A DNA stretch of 63,938 nt, filler included, from Octopus bimaculoides (Eukaryota): NCBI RefSeq assembly GCF_001194135.2. It is 5 parts of 5 records of this genome, joined end to end, with 100 filler letters (N's around TTAATTAATTAA, not from the genome) between each part and the next. Parts side by side here need not be neighbours in the genome. Positions count along the whole stretch, not along the records: positions 62,297 to 63,938 come from NW_026324754.1; 4 more parts are not named here. One strand, 5' to 3'. The notes beneath the pieces are model-generated. The model was not told the origin of the DNA and made no database searches. It worked only from the letters and a program-made list of their open reading frames with translations. The translations under genes and the position numbers were made by a program. Shown one piece after another: positions 62,760 through 63,938 of the stretch (position 1 is the first letter of the stretch; the number at the start of each line of letters is the position of its first letter).

Positions 62760-63400
62760 GTCCGTTATCATTCTCCGTTTCCAATTTCTTTCATCTTCCT
62801 TACTTGTCTGTCCAGACTATACCAAATATTCCCTCTTGCACCAGCAAAGTTTGTATGGCACTCTTGATAAAAGCGTCCCAAGTTATTTCCGTCTGAGCTT
62901 ATACAATTTCCACTGGTAAATTAGCGCGCGTCCACCTTTGTCCCTGGATAGATGCAACTTAGCAGTACGGCAACAAAGTTGTAAATCTCGATGGAATGCA
63001 AGAAGTTTTTCTCGATTTTTAATCCAGATTCTATAACTCTTCTTTCCATCAATCAATAATGTCTACACTATACCTTAATAATTCAACCATGCTTGAAGGA
63101 AATTGCTTGAATCTTATACCCTTCATTCAGTTTTGATTGCTGAATCAGTGCAAGACTTCGGCAGAACCCTCCGGCTTAAAGCTATTCCACATTTCTCTTT
63201 GCATCATTTCATTAACATTCAATATATCCATGTATTTCTGCACAGTATCATCAATCCTTTTTATAAATTCCCCCTGAAGGATATGTTAAACCTTCATCTC
63301 TGTTGGTATTCTCTCTCGTCAAGAATGTTATTCTACATTTGTGAAGCCAAATTCCATTTCCATGTCTTTGCTTAAGCAATGAACACCGTTCACTAAAGAG
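62760..63400 (-). mobile_element. R4/Dong-clade non-LTR retrotransposon RT fragment
   Basis: The minus strand reads LVNGVHCLSKDMEMEFGF..GEFIKRID..YMDIL, LLRYSVDIID.WKEEL.NLD.KSRK and AKLHLSRDKGGRA, matching the R4/Dong pattern DIGMEFG..KC / LRYS.GIIDW..EL..LDRKTRK / RLYL.R..GGRG. Many stops. Confidence 0.65.
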
Positions 63401-63938
63401 GAGACTTGAGGTTCGTCATTACCATACAATGTGTGGTCATCCATAAATAATGGATGGTTGATCTTTGGGGTTTTTTTTTCATTTTAAACTCATATCCAGA
63501 TGTTACTTTTCTCTGCAGCAATTATCTAGGAACTATGCGCACGCGTAGCGACTCTCCCTATACACACTGTAGAAGAACAAAGCAGTCAGCCCACAGCGAT
63601 ATTTATCTGAAAATTTACTGAAAAATGGGTCATAACATGGAACTATTGAAATATATGGTTAAGGCACAAATTTGCATTGGCTTTAAAATCATTACACAAG
63701 GAAGATAATCATAGATAATCAGGGAAAGTACATTGATGATAAAATTTCACTTAAATATAGCATTCGATCACCTGTTTTCTTTATTCAAAATTCGGACAGA
63801 ACTTATGGGATGACCTGATATTTACAGCAAAAAAGTCCAATTTGAAGTCGTCTGGTTGTTGATTAGTATAGTTTTTCGGATTGTTGTTGCTCTGAGGTAA
63901 AACACCATGTTATGTCAATTATCGTGCATGTTTTTTTT

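Overview
Eukaryotic, AT-rich, microsatellite- and transposon-dense genomic DNA. It is most likely an octopus draft assembly (an inference from SINE style, repeat load and gene content). There is one large host gene on the + strand: the PRDM3/16 (MECOM/EVI1-PRDM16, fly hamlet, worm egl-43) ortholog. It is seen as a probable zinc-finger exon (5010-5181), a 1.5-kb exon (11857/11871-13329) and a 7,665-nt terminal coding exon (15742-23406), together at least about 3,050-3,100 aa. The EVI1-type zinc fingers and two CtBP motifs sit inside large Ser/Asn/Asp/Ala low-complexity expansions. The PR/SET exons are not in the window. Two internal exons of numb (NumbF domain, 32405-32620; next exon 35265-35516) lie on a 5.4-kb block bracketed by artificial N-TTAATTAATTAA-N scaffold linkers. 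No PTB or C-terminal numb exons are visible, so the hamlet-numb adjacency is either striking linkage/nesting or an assembly artefact. The rest is SINEs (two families), MITEs, mariner/Tc1/hAT derivatives, and CR1-, Tx1-, R4/Dong- and Penelope-like fragments. There are no rRNA, bona fide tRNA or CRISPR features. I did not find a clearly new multi-gene system. The best leads are the hamlet splice-phase/ATGA-overlap puzzle, the giant exon with coding microsatellites, the hamlet-numb arrangement, several foldback (dsRNA-forming) element structures and two hammerhead-like motifs. Comparisons with human/fly proteins are from memory and were not aligned.
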